64,000 nt of DNA, taken from positions 11,238-75,237 of the forward strand of contig CAZOJL010000001.1 in assembly GCA_964580075.1 (NCBI GenBank), written 5' to 3'. The notes beneath the pieces are model-generated. The model saw only the letters and a list, made by a program, of their open reading frames with translations, did no database searches and was not told where the DNA came from. Positions 29,131 to 39,324 of this stretch are shown here, one piece after another. The position numbers and the translations under genes were made by a program. This DNA comes from an uncultured Akkermansia sp. Its GTDB lineage: Bacteria; Verrucomicrobiota; Kiritimatiellia; RFP12; JAAYNR01. The stretch's first letter is position 1. Each line of letters starts with the position of its first letter.

Positions 29131-30025
29131 GTATCTCGATCCCGAAATCCTGTCGACGCTGGGACCCCTCGACGTTGTCGTGAGGCAGGTCGTCGAAGGG
29201 GTGCGGGTCGGCATGCATCGGAGCCGTCTCCGCGGTTTTAGCACGGATTTCACCGCGCACCGTCCGTATGTTCCGGGCGACGAGACCCGCCGCATTGACT
29301 GGAAGCTCTACGCCCGCGCCAGACGCTACTACATCAAGTTGTATCAAGCAGAAACAAACTTCACGGCAAATCTGCTGCTGGACGCCAGCGCGTCCATGTG
29401 TTTCGCGTCCGGCAAGATCAGCAAGCTGGAATACGCCAAATACCTGGCCGCCAGCTTGGCGTACCTCATTGTGGAGCAGCACGACTCGGTGGGGGTCGGT
29501 ATCTTTGACGGCGAACTGCAGCAGTACATTGAGCCGACGAGTTCGCTGGCCGTTCTGAGCCGCATGTCACATGAAATGGAGAAGACGCACCCGAGACCCC
29601 GCACCGATATCTCCGCGATCCTGCACGAATTCGCCAGGCGGATGTCCCGGCGCGGAGTGGTGATCCTCTTTTCCGATCTGTTCGATCACACTGAGGAATT
29701 CATCCAGGGGCTTAGCCACCTGCGCTTTCGAGGCCACAACGTGATCGTTTTTCACATCATGGATCCCCACGAACTGGAGTTCCCGCTTCAGGGAATGCGC
29801 CGTTTCCTGGGAATGGAGAACGAAGGGGAAATGATCACGCACTCCGCCCGCATCCGGGCGAGTTATCTGGCGGAAGTGGAAATGTTCATCAATCGGATCA
29901 AACGCGCGTGCGCCCGGATGCTGGTGGACTACGTCCTTGTGAACACCAGCCAGCCGGTCGAGAGCGTTATCGCCGCCCATCTGATTCAGTGCGCTACGGC
30001 GGGAAAGATGGAGCGAGCGACATGA
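29096..30025 (+). CDS. DUF58 domain protein (MoxR-associated)
   Basis: [40 protein letters not shown] is the DUF58 hallmark. Overlaps the MoxR 3' end. Confidence 0.7.
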   Translation: MPERNIGLRRSKYLDPEILSTLGPLDVVVRQVVEGVRVGMHRSRLRGFSTDFTAHRPYVPGDETRRIDWKLYARARRYYIKLYQAETNFTANLLLDASASMCFASGKISKLEYAKYLAASLAYLIVEQHDSVGVGIFDGELQQYIEPTSSLAVLSRMSHEMEKTHPRPRTDISAILHEFARRMSRRGVVILFSDLFDHTEEFIQGLSHLRFRGHNVIVFHIMDPHELEFPLQGMRRFLGMENEGEMITHSARIRASYLAEVEMFINRIKRACARMLVDYVLVNTSQPVESVIAAHLIQCATAGKMERAT

Positions 30026-31173
30026 GGCCACGATTCACCTTCCTCGCCTGCCTCGCCTGGGCGTCATGTGCGCAGATCGCCGCGCGGGCGGACACGGTGC
30101 AAACGGTCGAGGCCCGCCTCAGCGGGAAGATGGCCCTGCGGGGCAACGCGATCCTGATGGACGGCGTTGCCGTCCCTCTGGACACGGTCGTCAGCGCGGT
30201 TCGCGACTCGGGGGCGAACACGTTCGGCGCCCCTCACGCGGTCCGGCTGAGAAACGGCGAAATCTGGCGCGGCGGAATTCTCGGCCTGGAGTCGAACCGG
30301 CTGACCGTGGTCAGCGATCTCTTCGGCCGGCGCACGATCGGCACGGAATCCGTCGCGTCGCTGGATTTCGAATGCTCGACCGGCCCCGGCTCTTTACGCA
30401 GGGCCGGCACGCTCTATCGCGAGAAGGGGGAACCGATTCCGGGGACTATTCTGTGGATCGGGGAGGATATGCTGACGATGGATTGCCCGCTGGGCATATT
30501 AACTGTTCCGAGGAAAGGCACCCTCTGCTACCTGTTCGATCACGCCGCAAGCCCTTCCACGGCGGAATCGGCCGAAGAGATCGGCCTGATTGACGGTAGC
30601 ATCATCCGCGGCCGCCTAAGTCTTTCCTCGAACGGCCTGGAGGTGACGCATGCCCTGCTGGGTGTGCTGTCGGTTCCCGGGCCGGCTGTGCGGTACGTCG
30701 TGCGATCGCCGCCTGGATGGATGCGCCTCGGTCCGCCGGCTGCCGGCGACGTTGAGCTTCGCGGGCCCGCCGGTCCGCCCGCCGCTCCGCGGCTCGTCGA
30801 TTACCGCCGTGACGTTGAATCGCGTCCGCGGGCGACGTGCTGCCTGACGGCCGTGCGGATGCAGGCGGTCACCGTCGCGCAATATCGTCTGCCGGAACGA
30901 AAGGGCCGAGACGCGACGTTCCACGCCATGGCGGCCCCCGCCCCAGGGTGTCGCGGCGATGTGCGGATCGTCCTGCGGGTCTCCGGCGTGAGGGTGTATG
31001 AGCGATTGCTCGTTTCCACGAATGAACCGGTGGCGGTCTCAATCGCGTTGCCGCCGGGCGACACACTCACGCTCGAAGTCGAATTTGGCGAACGGCTCCT
31101 TTATCCGTGCGGGGTGGACTGGCAGGACCCGTGCATTGTGTTTCAAAATGCCGCCCTGGACCCTGAACCCTGA
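30022..31173 (+). CDS. Secreted hypothetical protein
   Basis: Signal peptide [27 protein letters not shown] overlap with DUF58 stop. Confidence 0.4.
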   Translation: MRPRFTFLACLAWASCAQIAARADTVQTVEARLSGKMALRGNAILMDGVAVPLDTVVSAVRDSGANTFGAPHAVRLRNGEIWRGGILGLESNRLTVVSDLFGRRTIGTESVASLDFECSTGPGSLRRAGTLYREKGEPIPGTILWIGEDMLTMDCPLGILTVPRKGTLCYLFDHAASPSTAESAEEIGLIDGSIIRGRLSLSSNGLEVTHALLGVLSVPGPAVRYVVRSPPGWMRLGPPAAGDVELRGPAGPPAAPRLVDYRRDVESRPRATCCLTAVRMQAVTVAQYRLPERKGRDATFHAMAAPAPGCRGDVRIVLRVSGVRVYERLLVSTNEPVAVSIALPPGDTLTLEVEFGERLLYPCGVDWQDPCIVFQNAALDPEP

Positions 31174-31222
31174 CACCTGAACCCTGAACCCTGGACCCTG
31201 AACCCTGAACCCTGACACCTGA
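31157..31222. repeat. Heptamer tandem repeat array (CCCTGAA/CACCTGA orientation), begins inside the 3' end of the preceding CDS
   Basis: ccctggaccctgaaccctgacacctgaaccctgaaccctggaccctgaaccctgaaccctgacacctgaaaac. Confidence 0.6.
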
Positions 31223-31227
31223 AAACA

Positions 31228-33441
31228 ATGGCCTTTCTTAATTCAATCTGGCTTTGGATGGGGCTCGGGCTCTTCGGCATTGCCGTTCCCATTGTCATTC
31301 ACCTGCTGAACCGCTTCTACGGGCGAAGGACGGACTGGGCGGCGATGGAATTACTGCGCCGGGCGCTGGTGACCCGCGCGAACCAGGTCAGAATCGAGGA
31401 TCGGCTGATGCTTCTGTTGCGGTGCCTGGCCATCGCTCTGCTGGCCTTGGCGTTTGCGCGGCCCACGATCAGGACCGAAGCCGGCAAATGGGTGGGCGGA
31501 CAGCGCCGCGTTGGCGTGGTCATCGCGCTTGACGGCTCGTACAGCATGGCGCACGGCGAGTTCACCACACGGTTTGCCCGGGCCGTAGCGCGGGCTAAGG
31601 AGATTCTCGAAACCGTGGAGATCGGCGACCCGGTGACGCTTGTGCTGTTGGGCAGCCGTCCGCGGATCCTCCAGCGCTCCGTCGGCTATGTGCCGGAGCA
31701 GGTTTCCAAACTGTTCGACGAGAAACTGGCGGTATTGCCGGAACGGCTGAACCTGGAGCCATGCTTGGACCAGATTGAAGAGCTGGTGCGCGAGCTCAAA
31801 ACCCCCGTAAGGGAGTGCTATCTGATCACGGACGCTCAGGCTTTGACCTGGGAGTCGCTATCCGACAGGGCCAAAAGTTCGCTCCTGCAGATCAGTTCGC
31901 TGGCGAATATCTTCATTACGCAAGTTCAACCCGACGGCGAGGAGAACCTTGCCGTGGTAGGACTGGAGTTCGTTTCCGGCACGTTGCGAAAATCGGGAAC
32001 GGCGCGTTTCGCGGCCGAAATCCGCAATCAGGGAACCAAGCCCCGAAAGGGCGCGACCGTAACCTTCCGTGTCAACGGCGAACCGGTCGGGCAGCAACCG
32101 CTGGAGACTGTGGATCCGGGGCAGACCAAGGCGGTGTCGTTCGTGAGCAGTTTCGATTCTCCGGGATACGCCAGGCTCAGCGTGGAACTGAGCCCCGACG
32201 AGCTCTCCATCGACAATATCAGGCGAGCGGTGGTTCGGATTCCGGCGACCGTTCACGTTCTCTGCGTGGATGGCGGTCGCAAACCCGCGCCTTTCGAGAG
32301 CGAAACGGACTATGTCGTCGCCGCCCTGCGTCTGAAGCAAATGGAACAGAACGGGCCGGTTGCGGTCACTACCGTCGTGCCCCAGGAACTGGCGTCGGAG
32401 ATCTTCCGGGATTACGACGTGATTCTGATGGCCAACGTAGCCCACGTGACGCCCGAGCAGGTCGCCAGGCTGTTCGCGTTTGTGCGGGACGGTGGCGGAC
32501 TCGTCTTCTCGCTGGGCGACAACGTCGACTCGGAACAATACAACTCGGTATTCCGGGAGGACGGCGAAACGCTGTTGCCGGGAGAACTCGTTGGGCTTTC
32601 GGAAAGTCCTTCGGAGGGGACGGGCGGGTGGTCGATTGCCCCATCCCAATCCCGGCATCCGCTGTCGGCCCTTTTGGGAGTCCTTCCGCGGGATCTGCTG
32701 GACGCGGGGAGATTTCACAAGGCATTCAGGGTGAAGGCGGACCGTGACGCGCAGGAGATACTCACGTTCGCCGGCAACGATCTGCCCCTTCTTCTGGAAA
32801 AGCGACTGGGTCGCGGATCGGTGCTGCTGTTCACGACCACGCTGGATCGAGAGTGGACCGATTTCCCGGTCCAGCCCCTGTATCCGATCCTGATTCAGCA
32901 GATGATCACCTGCCTGATTCGCGCCGGGGCGATGGAACATTTCAGGGTCGGAGAGTCGATGTTCCTGCCCGCCGGCGACCGGGAGGCGGGCAGCACGGTC
33001 ATTTTGCGCGGTCCGACCGCGACAGATGCCCTGATCAAGGTTGTGGAACGGGACGGGCAGAGGGTCGCGGCAGTCAACTTCTCGGGCGCCGCCGGTTTCT
33101 ACGAACTCCGCGCGGAGGACGGCACGGAGCTTTCGCCGCCCGTGGCGGTCAACGTAGATCGGGTCGAAGCGGACGTGAAGATCGCCGGGCGGCAGGCGCT
33201 GGAGACGCACCTGTCGGATATCCCGTTACGACTCGTACCGCCTGATGCCCATATGCCTTTAATCATCGAGGAAAGCCGCGTCGGACGTGAGCTGAGCGGC
33301 GCACTTTTGTTGCTGGCGCTGGCGGCGCTCGTCGTGCAGAGCCTGCTGGCAAAGAAGTTTACCAAGCGAATTGAAGGCGGACGAAGCGACATGAGCCGCT
33401 CGGTTCAGCAGCGAGACGTAATTGCAGCACGAAGGGCGTGA
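31228..33441 (+). CDS. BatA-like protein (aerotolerance-regulator N-terminal double-TM domain)
   Basis: N-terminus MAFLNSIWLWMGLGLFGIAVPIVIHLLNRFYGRRTDWAAMELLRRAL matches the BatA_N double-TM pattern. C-terminal TM anchor. Confidence 0.6.
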   Translation: MAFLNSIWLWMGLGLFGIAVPIVIHLLNRFYGRRTDWAAMELLRRALVTRANQVRIEDRLMLLLRCLAIALLALAFARPTIRTEAGKWVGGQRRVGVVIALDGSYSMAHGEFTTRFARAVARAKEILETVEIGDPVTLVLLGSRPRILQRSVGYVPEQVSKLFDEKLAVLPERLNLEPCLDQIEELVRELKTPVRECYLITDAQALTWESLSDRAKSSLLQISSLANIFITQVQPDGEENLAVVGLEFVSGTLRKSGTARFAAEIRNQGTKPRKGATVTFRVNGEPVGQQPLETVDPGQTKAVSFVSSFDSPGYARLSVELSPDELSIDNIRRAVVRIPATVHVLCVDGGRKPAPFESETDYVVAALRLKQMEQNGPVAVTTVVPQELASEIFRDYDVILMANVAHVTPEQVARLFAFVRDGGGLVFSLGDNVDSEQYNSVFREDGETLLPGELVGLSESPSEGTGGWSIAPSQSRHPLSALLGVLPRDLLDAGRFHKAFRVKADRDAQEILTFAGNDLPLLLEKRLGRGSVLLFTTTLDREWTDFPVQPLYPILIQQMITCLIRAGAMEHFRVGESMFLPAGDREAGSTVILRGPTATDALIKVVERDGQRVAAVNFSGAAGFYELRAEDGTELSPPVAVNVDRVEADVKIAGRQALETHLSDIPLRLVPPDAHMPLIIEESRVGRELSGALLLLALAALVVQSLLAKKFTKRIEGGRSDMSRSVQQRDVIAARRA

Positions 33442-33444
33442 AGA

Positions 33445-33550
33445 GGTTTCAGGTGTCAGGTTTCAGGTTTCAGGGAGACAGAGATGTGCAAGGCGTGCGC
33501 TTACCTCCTTCCTGGCTCACTGAAACCCGAAACCTGACACCTGAAACCTG
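33445..33550. repeat. Inverted pair of heptamer repeat arrays (GGTTTCAGGTGTCAGG ... CTGAAACCCGAAACCTGACACCTGAAACCTG)
   Basis: The two arms are reverse complements separated by ~40 bp. Lies in the intergenic spacer immediately downstream of the BatA-like stop. Confidence 0.6.
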
Positions 33551-33559
33551 TACGATCAG

Positions 33560-35944
33560 GTGATGCGGATGCAAAGCATACTCAACAAATTACTGGGACT
33601 GCAGGCGGGCGAAGTTCTGTCCGAACTGGAAGTGTTCTTCCGGCGGGGCTGGGGCTGGGCGTTGCTGCTAACCTTTTGCGCCGTGGCATTCGCGGTGTTG
33701 CTGTATCGCGCCGAAAAGGTTCCGTCGCGCATGCGACGCGTACTGATGGCAACGTGTCAGGCCGCCGCACTCGCGCTGGTCTGCATCCTGCTGATGAGAC
33801 CGGCCATCGCTTTCAAGCTGGTCAAGCCGATTCGCCAGACCGTCCTGATTCTGCTGGACACGTCCGAAAGCATGGCTCTCGGGGACAAGCGCGAGGACCC
33901 GCGCGACGTGGAGGAAGCCGCCGTGGCGCTGGGCAGGCTGGCCCCGGCGGAAGCGATCGTTCCGGGGCAGATTCAGGCGTTGCGGAAGGACGTCTCATCC
34001 GTCTCGCGGTTGAAGCTGGCTCAAGCGGCGATCGAAAACCCGGCCATCGCTCTGTCGTCCAGACTGGGCGCCAACCACGACGTGCGGTTCTTCTGCTTCG
34101 ACGACCGTCTCAGACCCGGCACCGGAGAAGGCAAGGGCGTGGAATGGCTGCGCGGACAGGAGGCGACCGGCAACGTCTCGCGCGTCGGTTCAGCCGTCGA
34201 AGAAGCCGTTGCGCGCTACGCGGGACAGCCGATCGCCGGGGTCGTGGTCCTGAGCGATTTCGCCTGGAACGGAGGGGAAGACCCTCTGGTTGTGGCCCGG
34301 CGCTTCCGTGAGAGAGGCATTCCAATCTACACGGTCGGCATCGGCCTTCCCGCTCCCCCGGACATTCATGTGCGGCGGATTGTGGCGCCGGACGTCGTGT
34401 TCTCCGGAGACAAAGTCCCCCTGCGCATCCAGGTCGAGTCCGTCGGTTACGATCGGATGACCTGCGAAATGGCGCTTCTGGCGAACGGAAAGCCGGTGCA
34501 GAGCCGGACCGTGACGCTTGCGGGCGGCACTCAGTTCGAGGAGATGATCTTCATCCCCGGGGAAGCGGGCTCGGCGACGCTGGAGGTGGAGGTGTCCCCC
34601 CTGCCCGAGGAAGCGAGCACGGACAACAACCTGGTGGTGCACAAGGTGCGGATTATCGACGATAAGATCAAGGTGCTGTACGTGGAGGGCATGCCGCGCT
34701 GGGAATACCGCTACCTGCGCTGGGTCCTGCTGCGGGATCCTCGCCTCGAAGTGAAGTTCCTGATGACGCAGGGGGACCCCGCGCTTGCGGCCATCTCGCC
34801 CTACCACGTGGCGATGTACCCCGAAGACGCCGCGGCCGCGATGAAGAACGACCTGGTGATCATCGGCGACGTTCCCGCCACCTACTTCACGCCCGCGCAG
34901 CTCGACCGCATCGAAGAGCTTGTAAAAACCAGGGGGGGGTCGATGTTGATGATCGCCGGCCCCATGGGCGCGCCTTCGAGCTACATCAGCACGCCCATCA
35001 ACCGGATGCTGCCGGTCACCATCGGTTCCGGCCAGTGGATGCCGGTGTCCGACACCGTGCACCCGGTCGTCACGCCGGAGGGTGAGCAGAGCCGGATCGT
35101 CTCCCTCGTGCTGCCCAGGGAGCGAAACGAGCGGCTGTGGGAGACGATCAAACCGCTGGGCGGTCTGCCCGAGTTGTCGGGGGCCAAGCCCGGCGCTACC
35201 GTCCTGCTGTCGCTTTCGTACGCGACCGACCGTTCGAAACCGTATCCGCTCGTGGCCTGGCAGCGCTACGGCAACGGCAAGACCATGTTTGTCGGGACCG
35301 AGGATCTCTGGCGACTTCGCCGGGAGGTGGGCGACACGCACCATGCGCGGTTCTGGGGCCAGGCCATCCAGTTCCTCACCCTCTCGCGGCTGCTCGGCGA
35401 GAACAAGCGAATCACGATCGAGACCGACCGCGCCTCGTACGCGGCCGGCGAACACGTGCAAATCTTCGCCAACGTGTTGAGCGACGCCTACGAACCGGTC
35501 CTGCTGCCGTCGTACCCCGTGCGCGTCCAGAACAAGGCGTCCCGCGTCGATCCGGTCGAGCTGGAACTGACGCCCGTCCCGAATGTCGCCGGGCTTTACA
35601 CGGGGCTCTGGGTGGCGGGTAAGGCCGGAAGCTATGTCGTGCGAACGGGCCAGGACGATCCGGCGGCCGCCAACTCTGCGGAGTTCGATGTGCTCTCGAC
35701 CCCGTTGGAGCGGCGCGAGCCGGCCATGCAACGGCAGGTCTTCGAGAAGATGGCCGAACTATCGGGCGGAAAGGCCTTCGCGATCAGCGAGCTTTCGTCG
35801 CTGCCGGACCGCATCGTCAAGAAGAACCCGGTCAAGGTCATCCGTGTGGAACGCGATCTGTGGGATTTGCCGGCGGTGTTTGTGCTGCTGGTGCTCCTCT
35901 GCGGTGCCGAGTGGTTCATGCGACGGAGGGATAACCTGGTGTGA
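33560..35944 (+). CDS. vWA domain protein (BatB-like) with N- and C-terminal TM segments
   Basis: MIDAS motif VLILLDTSESMALGD. N-terminal double TM, C-terminal TM LWDLPAVFVLLVLLCGAEWF. Confidence 0.6.
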   Translation: MMRMQSILNKLLGLQAGEVLSELEVFFRRGWGWALLLTFCAVAFAVLLYRAEKVPSRMRRVLMATCQAAALALVCILLMRPAIAFKLVKPIRQTVLILLDTSESMALGDKREDPRDVEEAAVALGRLAPAEAIVPGQIQALRKDVSSVSRLKLAQAAIENPAIALSSRLGANHDVRFFCFDDRLRPGTGEGKGVEWLRGQEATGNVSRVGSAVEEAVARYAGQPIAGVVVLSDFAWNGGEDPLVVARRFRERGIPIYTVGIGLPAPPDIHVRRIVAPDVVFSGDKVPLRIQVESVGYDRMTCEMALLANGKPVQSRTVTLAGGTQFEEMIFIPGEAGSATLEVEVSPLPEEASTDNNLVVHKVRIIDDKIKVLYVEGMPRWEYRYLRWVLLRDPRLEVKFLMTQGDPALAAISPYHVAMYPEDAAAAMKNDLVIIGDVPATYFTPAQLDRIEELVKTRGGSMLMIAGPMGAPSSYISTPINRMLPVTIGSGQWMPVSDTVHPVVTPEGEQSRIVSLVLPRERNERLWETIKPLGGLPELSGAKPGATVLLSLSYATDRSKPYPLVAWQRYGNGKTMFVGTEDLWRLRREVGDTHHARFWGQAIQFLTLSRLLGENKRITIETDRASYAAGEHVQIFANVLSDAYEPVLLPSYPVRVQNKASRVDPVELELTPVPNVAGLYTGLWVAGKAGSYVVRTGQDDPAAANSAEFDVLSTPLERREPAMQRQVFEKMAELSGGKAFAISELSSLPDRIVKKNPVKVIRVERDLWDLPAVFVLLVLLCGAEWFMRRRDNLV

Positions 35945-37578
35945 CAACCGACGAACAAACGGTAGCGCGAAAGCTGCGTCAGGCCTGGCGACGGCAGCGC
36001 CGCTATGTCCACGTGCGCGGCTTGTCGCGCACGTTGATCTGGGCCGTCACCCTGGTGGCGCTGGATTTCCTGGCGGATTGGCTTTTCATCTTCCGGCTGA
36101 GATGGCCTGCTGCCTGGCGGCTGCCGCTGCTTGTCACGAACGCGTGTGTCCTGCTGTGGGCCCTTTATTACGAATGGCTGCGCCATCTGCGACGTTTTGA
36201 CGATGTGCGGATTGCCCTGCAGATCGAAGGCAGGCACCCGGAGCTTGCGAGTCTGCTGATCTCCTACGTTCAATTGAAGAATGCGGAACAACCGGCCATT
36301 TCGCCGGCGCTGCTTGCCGCTATGCGGCACAACGCGCTCGCCGCGATCAAGCCGCTCGACTTCCGTGAGATTGTCGACCTGCGGCAGATCAGGCGTCCCG
36401 TGGCCTTCGCGCTCTGCGCGCTTCTTTTCTTCGCCGCCATCAGCGTCAACTGGCCCACGCACGTCGGCGCGCTGTTCCTGAGGCTGGGCGGCCGGGAGAT
36501 TCGCTACCCGACCCAGACCCGGATCGTGTCCGTCACCGGGAACCGGACGATTAAACAGGGCGACCCTGTCACGCTGACCGCTTCCGTGGCTGGCCGGGCG
36601 CCGCCATCGGGCGATTTGTACGTCCGGCCGGCGGGCGATTCGGCATGGCACAGCCTCCTCCTTTCGGCAGGCCGCGGCTCCGAGTTCTCGCGCCGCGTCG
36701 AGGAACTGTTCCGGGACACGGACTACTATTTCAGGATCGGTGACGATCGCTCCGCCGTGTTCCGCATCACCATCGTTCCGCCTCCGCAGTTCGTTCAACG
36801 CCGCGTCCGCATCGTCCACCCGCCCTATACCGGCCTGAAGGACGATATTGCCGACGATCTGAACGTGGAAGCGCTCGATGGCAGTACCCTGTCGTGGGAA
36901 TTGCGGTGTGAACCGGCCGTTCGTTCCGCGTGGATGACGGTGGAGGGCAATGATCCCATTGAGATGGAACTCGATTCCAGCGGATGCGGCCTGCGGTATT
37001 CCGTGACCGCCCGGAACAGTTTTAAGTATTCCTTCCGGCTGACCGACAAGACGCACGGATTCGAATATGACGACGTCTGGTACGCGGTGCGCGTCACCCC
37101 GGACAACGTCCCGGACGTCAAGCTCCTGGAGCCAACCGGCGACGGCCCGGCAACCGTTCGCAAGAAGGTGCGGCTGCTCGTGCGCGCCACCGACGATTAT
37201 GGGCTGTCGAGAATCCGGCTGGCCTACTCCGTAAATGGAGCGGAAGAAGTGAAAAGTCCCCTCGGGTCGCTGGCCGGACGGCAGGCCGAGGCGGCTTTCG
37301 ACTGGACGCTGAACACGGCGATGCCGGATCTGAAGGACGGCGACGTGGTAACGATGGCGGTCGAGGCCTGCGATGCGCACGACACGCCCGATTCGCGCTG
37401 GGGCCGATCGGACGCGCGCCGGCTCTCGATTGTGGGCGACGCGGGCTATTTGCGCTGGCTGGCGGATGAACTCGACGAACAGCGAGCGGACGTTCAGCGG
37501 GCGTGGGCGGAAGAGCAGACCTCGCTTTCGGAGATCCAGCAGATCAAAGGGCAGGAGACGCCGGCAATAACAGAGTGA
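35941..37578 (+). CDS. Membrane protein of Bat/MoxR cluster (hypothetical)
   Basis: GTG start overlapping the previous stop (GTGA). Four N-terminal TM helices, then a ~350-aa soluble domain. Confidence 0.4.
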   Translation: MTTDEQTVARKLRQAWRRQRRYVHVRGLSRTLIWAVTLVALDFLADWLFIFRLRWPAAWRLPLLVTNACVLLWALYYEWLRHLRRFDDVRIALQIEGRHPELASLLISYVQLKNAEQPAISPALLAAMRHNALAAIKPLDFREIVDLRQIRRPVAFALCALLFFAAISVNWPTHVGALFLRLGGREIRYPTQTRIVSVTGNRTIKQGDPVTLTASVAGRAPPSGDLYVRPAGDSAWHSLLLSAGRGSEFSRRVEELFRDTDYYFRIGDDRSAVFRITIVPPPQFVQRRVRIVHPPYTGLKDDIADDLNVEALDGSTLSWELRCEPAVRSAWMTVEGNDPIEMELDSSGCGLRYSVTARNSFKYSFRLTDKTHGFEYDDVWYAVRVTPDNVPDVKLLEPTGDGPATVRKKVRLLVRATDDYGLSRIRLAYSVNGAEEVKSPLGSLAGRQAEAAFDWTLNTAMPDLKDGDVVTMAVEACDAHDTPDSRWGRSDARRLSIVGDAGYLRWLADELDEQRADVQRAWAEEQTSLSEIQQIKGQETPAITE

Positions 37579-37638
37579 AAGAATGTGTGGGAGTGTGGGA
37601 GTGTGTGGGTGTGGGAGTGGGCTATCAAGGGAAATACG

Positions 37639-39222
37639 ATGAGACGATCAGGAATAATCCGACTGTTGACGCCGCTGTGCGGCGCGGCGGCAATGCTCGT
37701 GCCGGCGTTCCAGACAGCGATTGCCGGACAGGAGGCCGATCTTCTGCAAACGCGCGGCCGCCTGCTCACCGAAGAGCGGCGCCAGGGGAACGTGCGTCGG
37801 GAATTGTCCGGCGTTGTCCGCAGGATAGACCTGCTGATGATGGATCTGACCTCCAACGACCTCTTCCCGGAGGGCGGAGGGGAACGCGTAACCCAGTTGA
37901 ACAGGTCGCTGACGGCCGTCAACACCAATCACGTTCCGAGGGCCGAGGAGCATCTCAAGCTGGCGCGACAAGACCCCACCAATGCCATGCCGCACATCGA
38001 AAATGCCGACCTTGAAGTCGGGATTGTCGTCCAGGAGTTGGAAGGCCTGCTGAAAGACATGGGCCTGATTCTGACCGACGAGGTCCTTCTGGCTCAGATC
38101 CGCTCCATCATCAGGACCGAGGAGCTGCTTCGCCGCGAAACGGGTGAGTGGGGCAAGCAGCTCTACGTCGCTCCGGAACGCACCGGACAGACGCAGACCA
38201 AGCTCGTGCAGGCGCAGAACGCCGTGCTAAAACAGGTGGAGATCTTCCTGCAGAGGCTGCTTGAGGCCGTGGAAAAGGAGACCGATGCGGCGGGGCGGAG
38301 ACGGTTCGAGTTCGCGGTTGCCGCATTTCGGAGCGGACGTCCGGAGGCGGCGCTGCAGGAGGCGGCGCGGGAGATAGAAACCGGCAAGCCGATCGGCGGC
38401 GTGGAACAGCAGGACTTGGCGCTCAAGGCCCTGCGCACGGTGGCGGAAGCCCTGGCGGGGCAGATCACCGACGACATGGCAACGGTCAGGGATGTCATGG
38501 AGCATCTGCGGCAGATACTCAAGGATCAGCAGCACCTGCAGCGGGACGTGAGGCAGACGAACGCGCAACAGTTTCAAGAACGGCATTTCCAGATGCAGGC
38601 GCGGCAGATCGAGATCGGCAAGGATCTCCTGCAATGCAGCGCGCAGGCGGCCAAAACCGTGGCTGCCTTCGCCGTGCGGAAGGCGCAGAAAGCGATGAAA
38701 GAGGCCCAGACCGCCCTCGGCAAGATCCAGCAGGAGCCCGCGATTGTCCAGCAGGAAGAAGCGATCGTGGATCTCCAGGCCGCCATCGAGGCGCTGAGCG
38801 CCATAAGCGCGCTTCCCGCAGTCGCGCTTCCCGACATGCCCGAATACCCCTGGAAGGTCCAGGTGCTGACCACGAACGTTGTAGCGGGCGACCTCGAGGA
38901 ACTGATCGATTTGAACACGCTCCCATCCAAGAAGATCGTGGACATCGGTGATATCGTCGAGGGTACACCCGGCAAGGACCCATCGCATCCGGTGCCGAGC
39001 GCGCCCTCGCCTTCTTCGTCGCCCCCCCCAACGTCGAGTCCGCCGCCGATGGCGGACGGCAGCTCGTCGGATCTCCGCGGGAAAGCCGTGGCGCTCAGTC
39101 CGGAGCAGATCAATGCGCTGGAACGGCGGAATCGCGCCGCCGTCTTTCAGAACTATGTGAACAGGCTGCCCAAGGAGTTCAGGCAGCAGGTGTCGGACTA
39201 TTACGAGGTGCTGGCGGAGTGA
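37639..39222 (+). CDS. Secreted coiled-coil protein with Pro/Ser-rich tract (hypothetical)
   Basis: Signal peptide MRRSGIIRLLTPLCGAAAMLVPAFQTAIA. Long alpha-helical Q/E/R-rich body. PSHPVPSAPSPSSSPPPTSSPPP tract. Confidence 0.4.
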   Translation: MRRSGIIRLLTPLCGAAAMLVPAFQTAIAGQEADLLQTRGRLLTEERRQGNVRRELSGVVRRIDLLMMDLTSNDLFPEGGGERVTQLNRSLTAVNTNHVPRAEEHLKLARQDPTNAMPHIENADLEVGIVVQELEGLLKDMGLILTDEVLLAQIRSIIRTEELLRRETGEWGKQLYVAPERTGQTQTKLVQAQNAVLKQVEIFLQRLLEAVEKETDAAGRRRFEFAVAAFRSGRPEAALQEAAREIETGKPIGGVEQQDLALKALRTVAEALAGQITDDMATVRDVMEHLRQILKDQQHLQRDVRQTNAQQFQERHFQMQARQIEIGKDLLQCSAQAAKTVAAFAVRKAQKAMKEAQTALGKIQQEPAIVQQEEAIVDLQAAIEALSAISALPAVALPDMPEYPWKVQVLTTNVVAGDLEELIDLNTLPSKKIVDIGDIVEGTPGKDPSHPVPSAPSPSSSPPPTSSPPPMADGSSSDLRGKAVALSPEQINALERRNRAAVFQNYVNRLPKEFRQQVSDYYEVLAE

Positions 39223-39223
39223 A

Positions 39224-39300
39224 CAGGGTTCAGGTGTCAGGGTTCAGAATGGAAGTTGCTCCGCAGCAACATCCTATCCCCACCTGAAATCTGAAACCTG
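39224..39300. repeat. Inverted pair of heptamer repeats
   Basis: acagggttcaggtgtcagggttcag ... cacctgaaatctgaaacctg. Confidence 0.55.
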
Positions 39301-39324
39301 TGCTCCCAAAGGAGACCAACCATT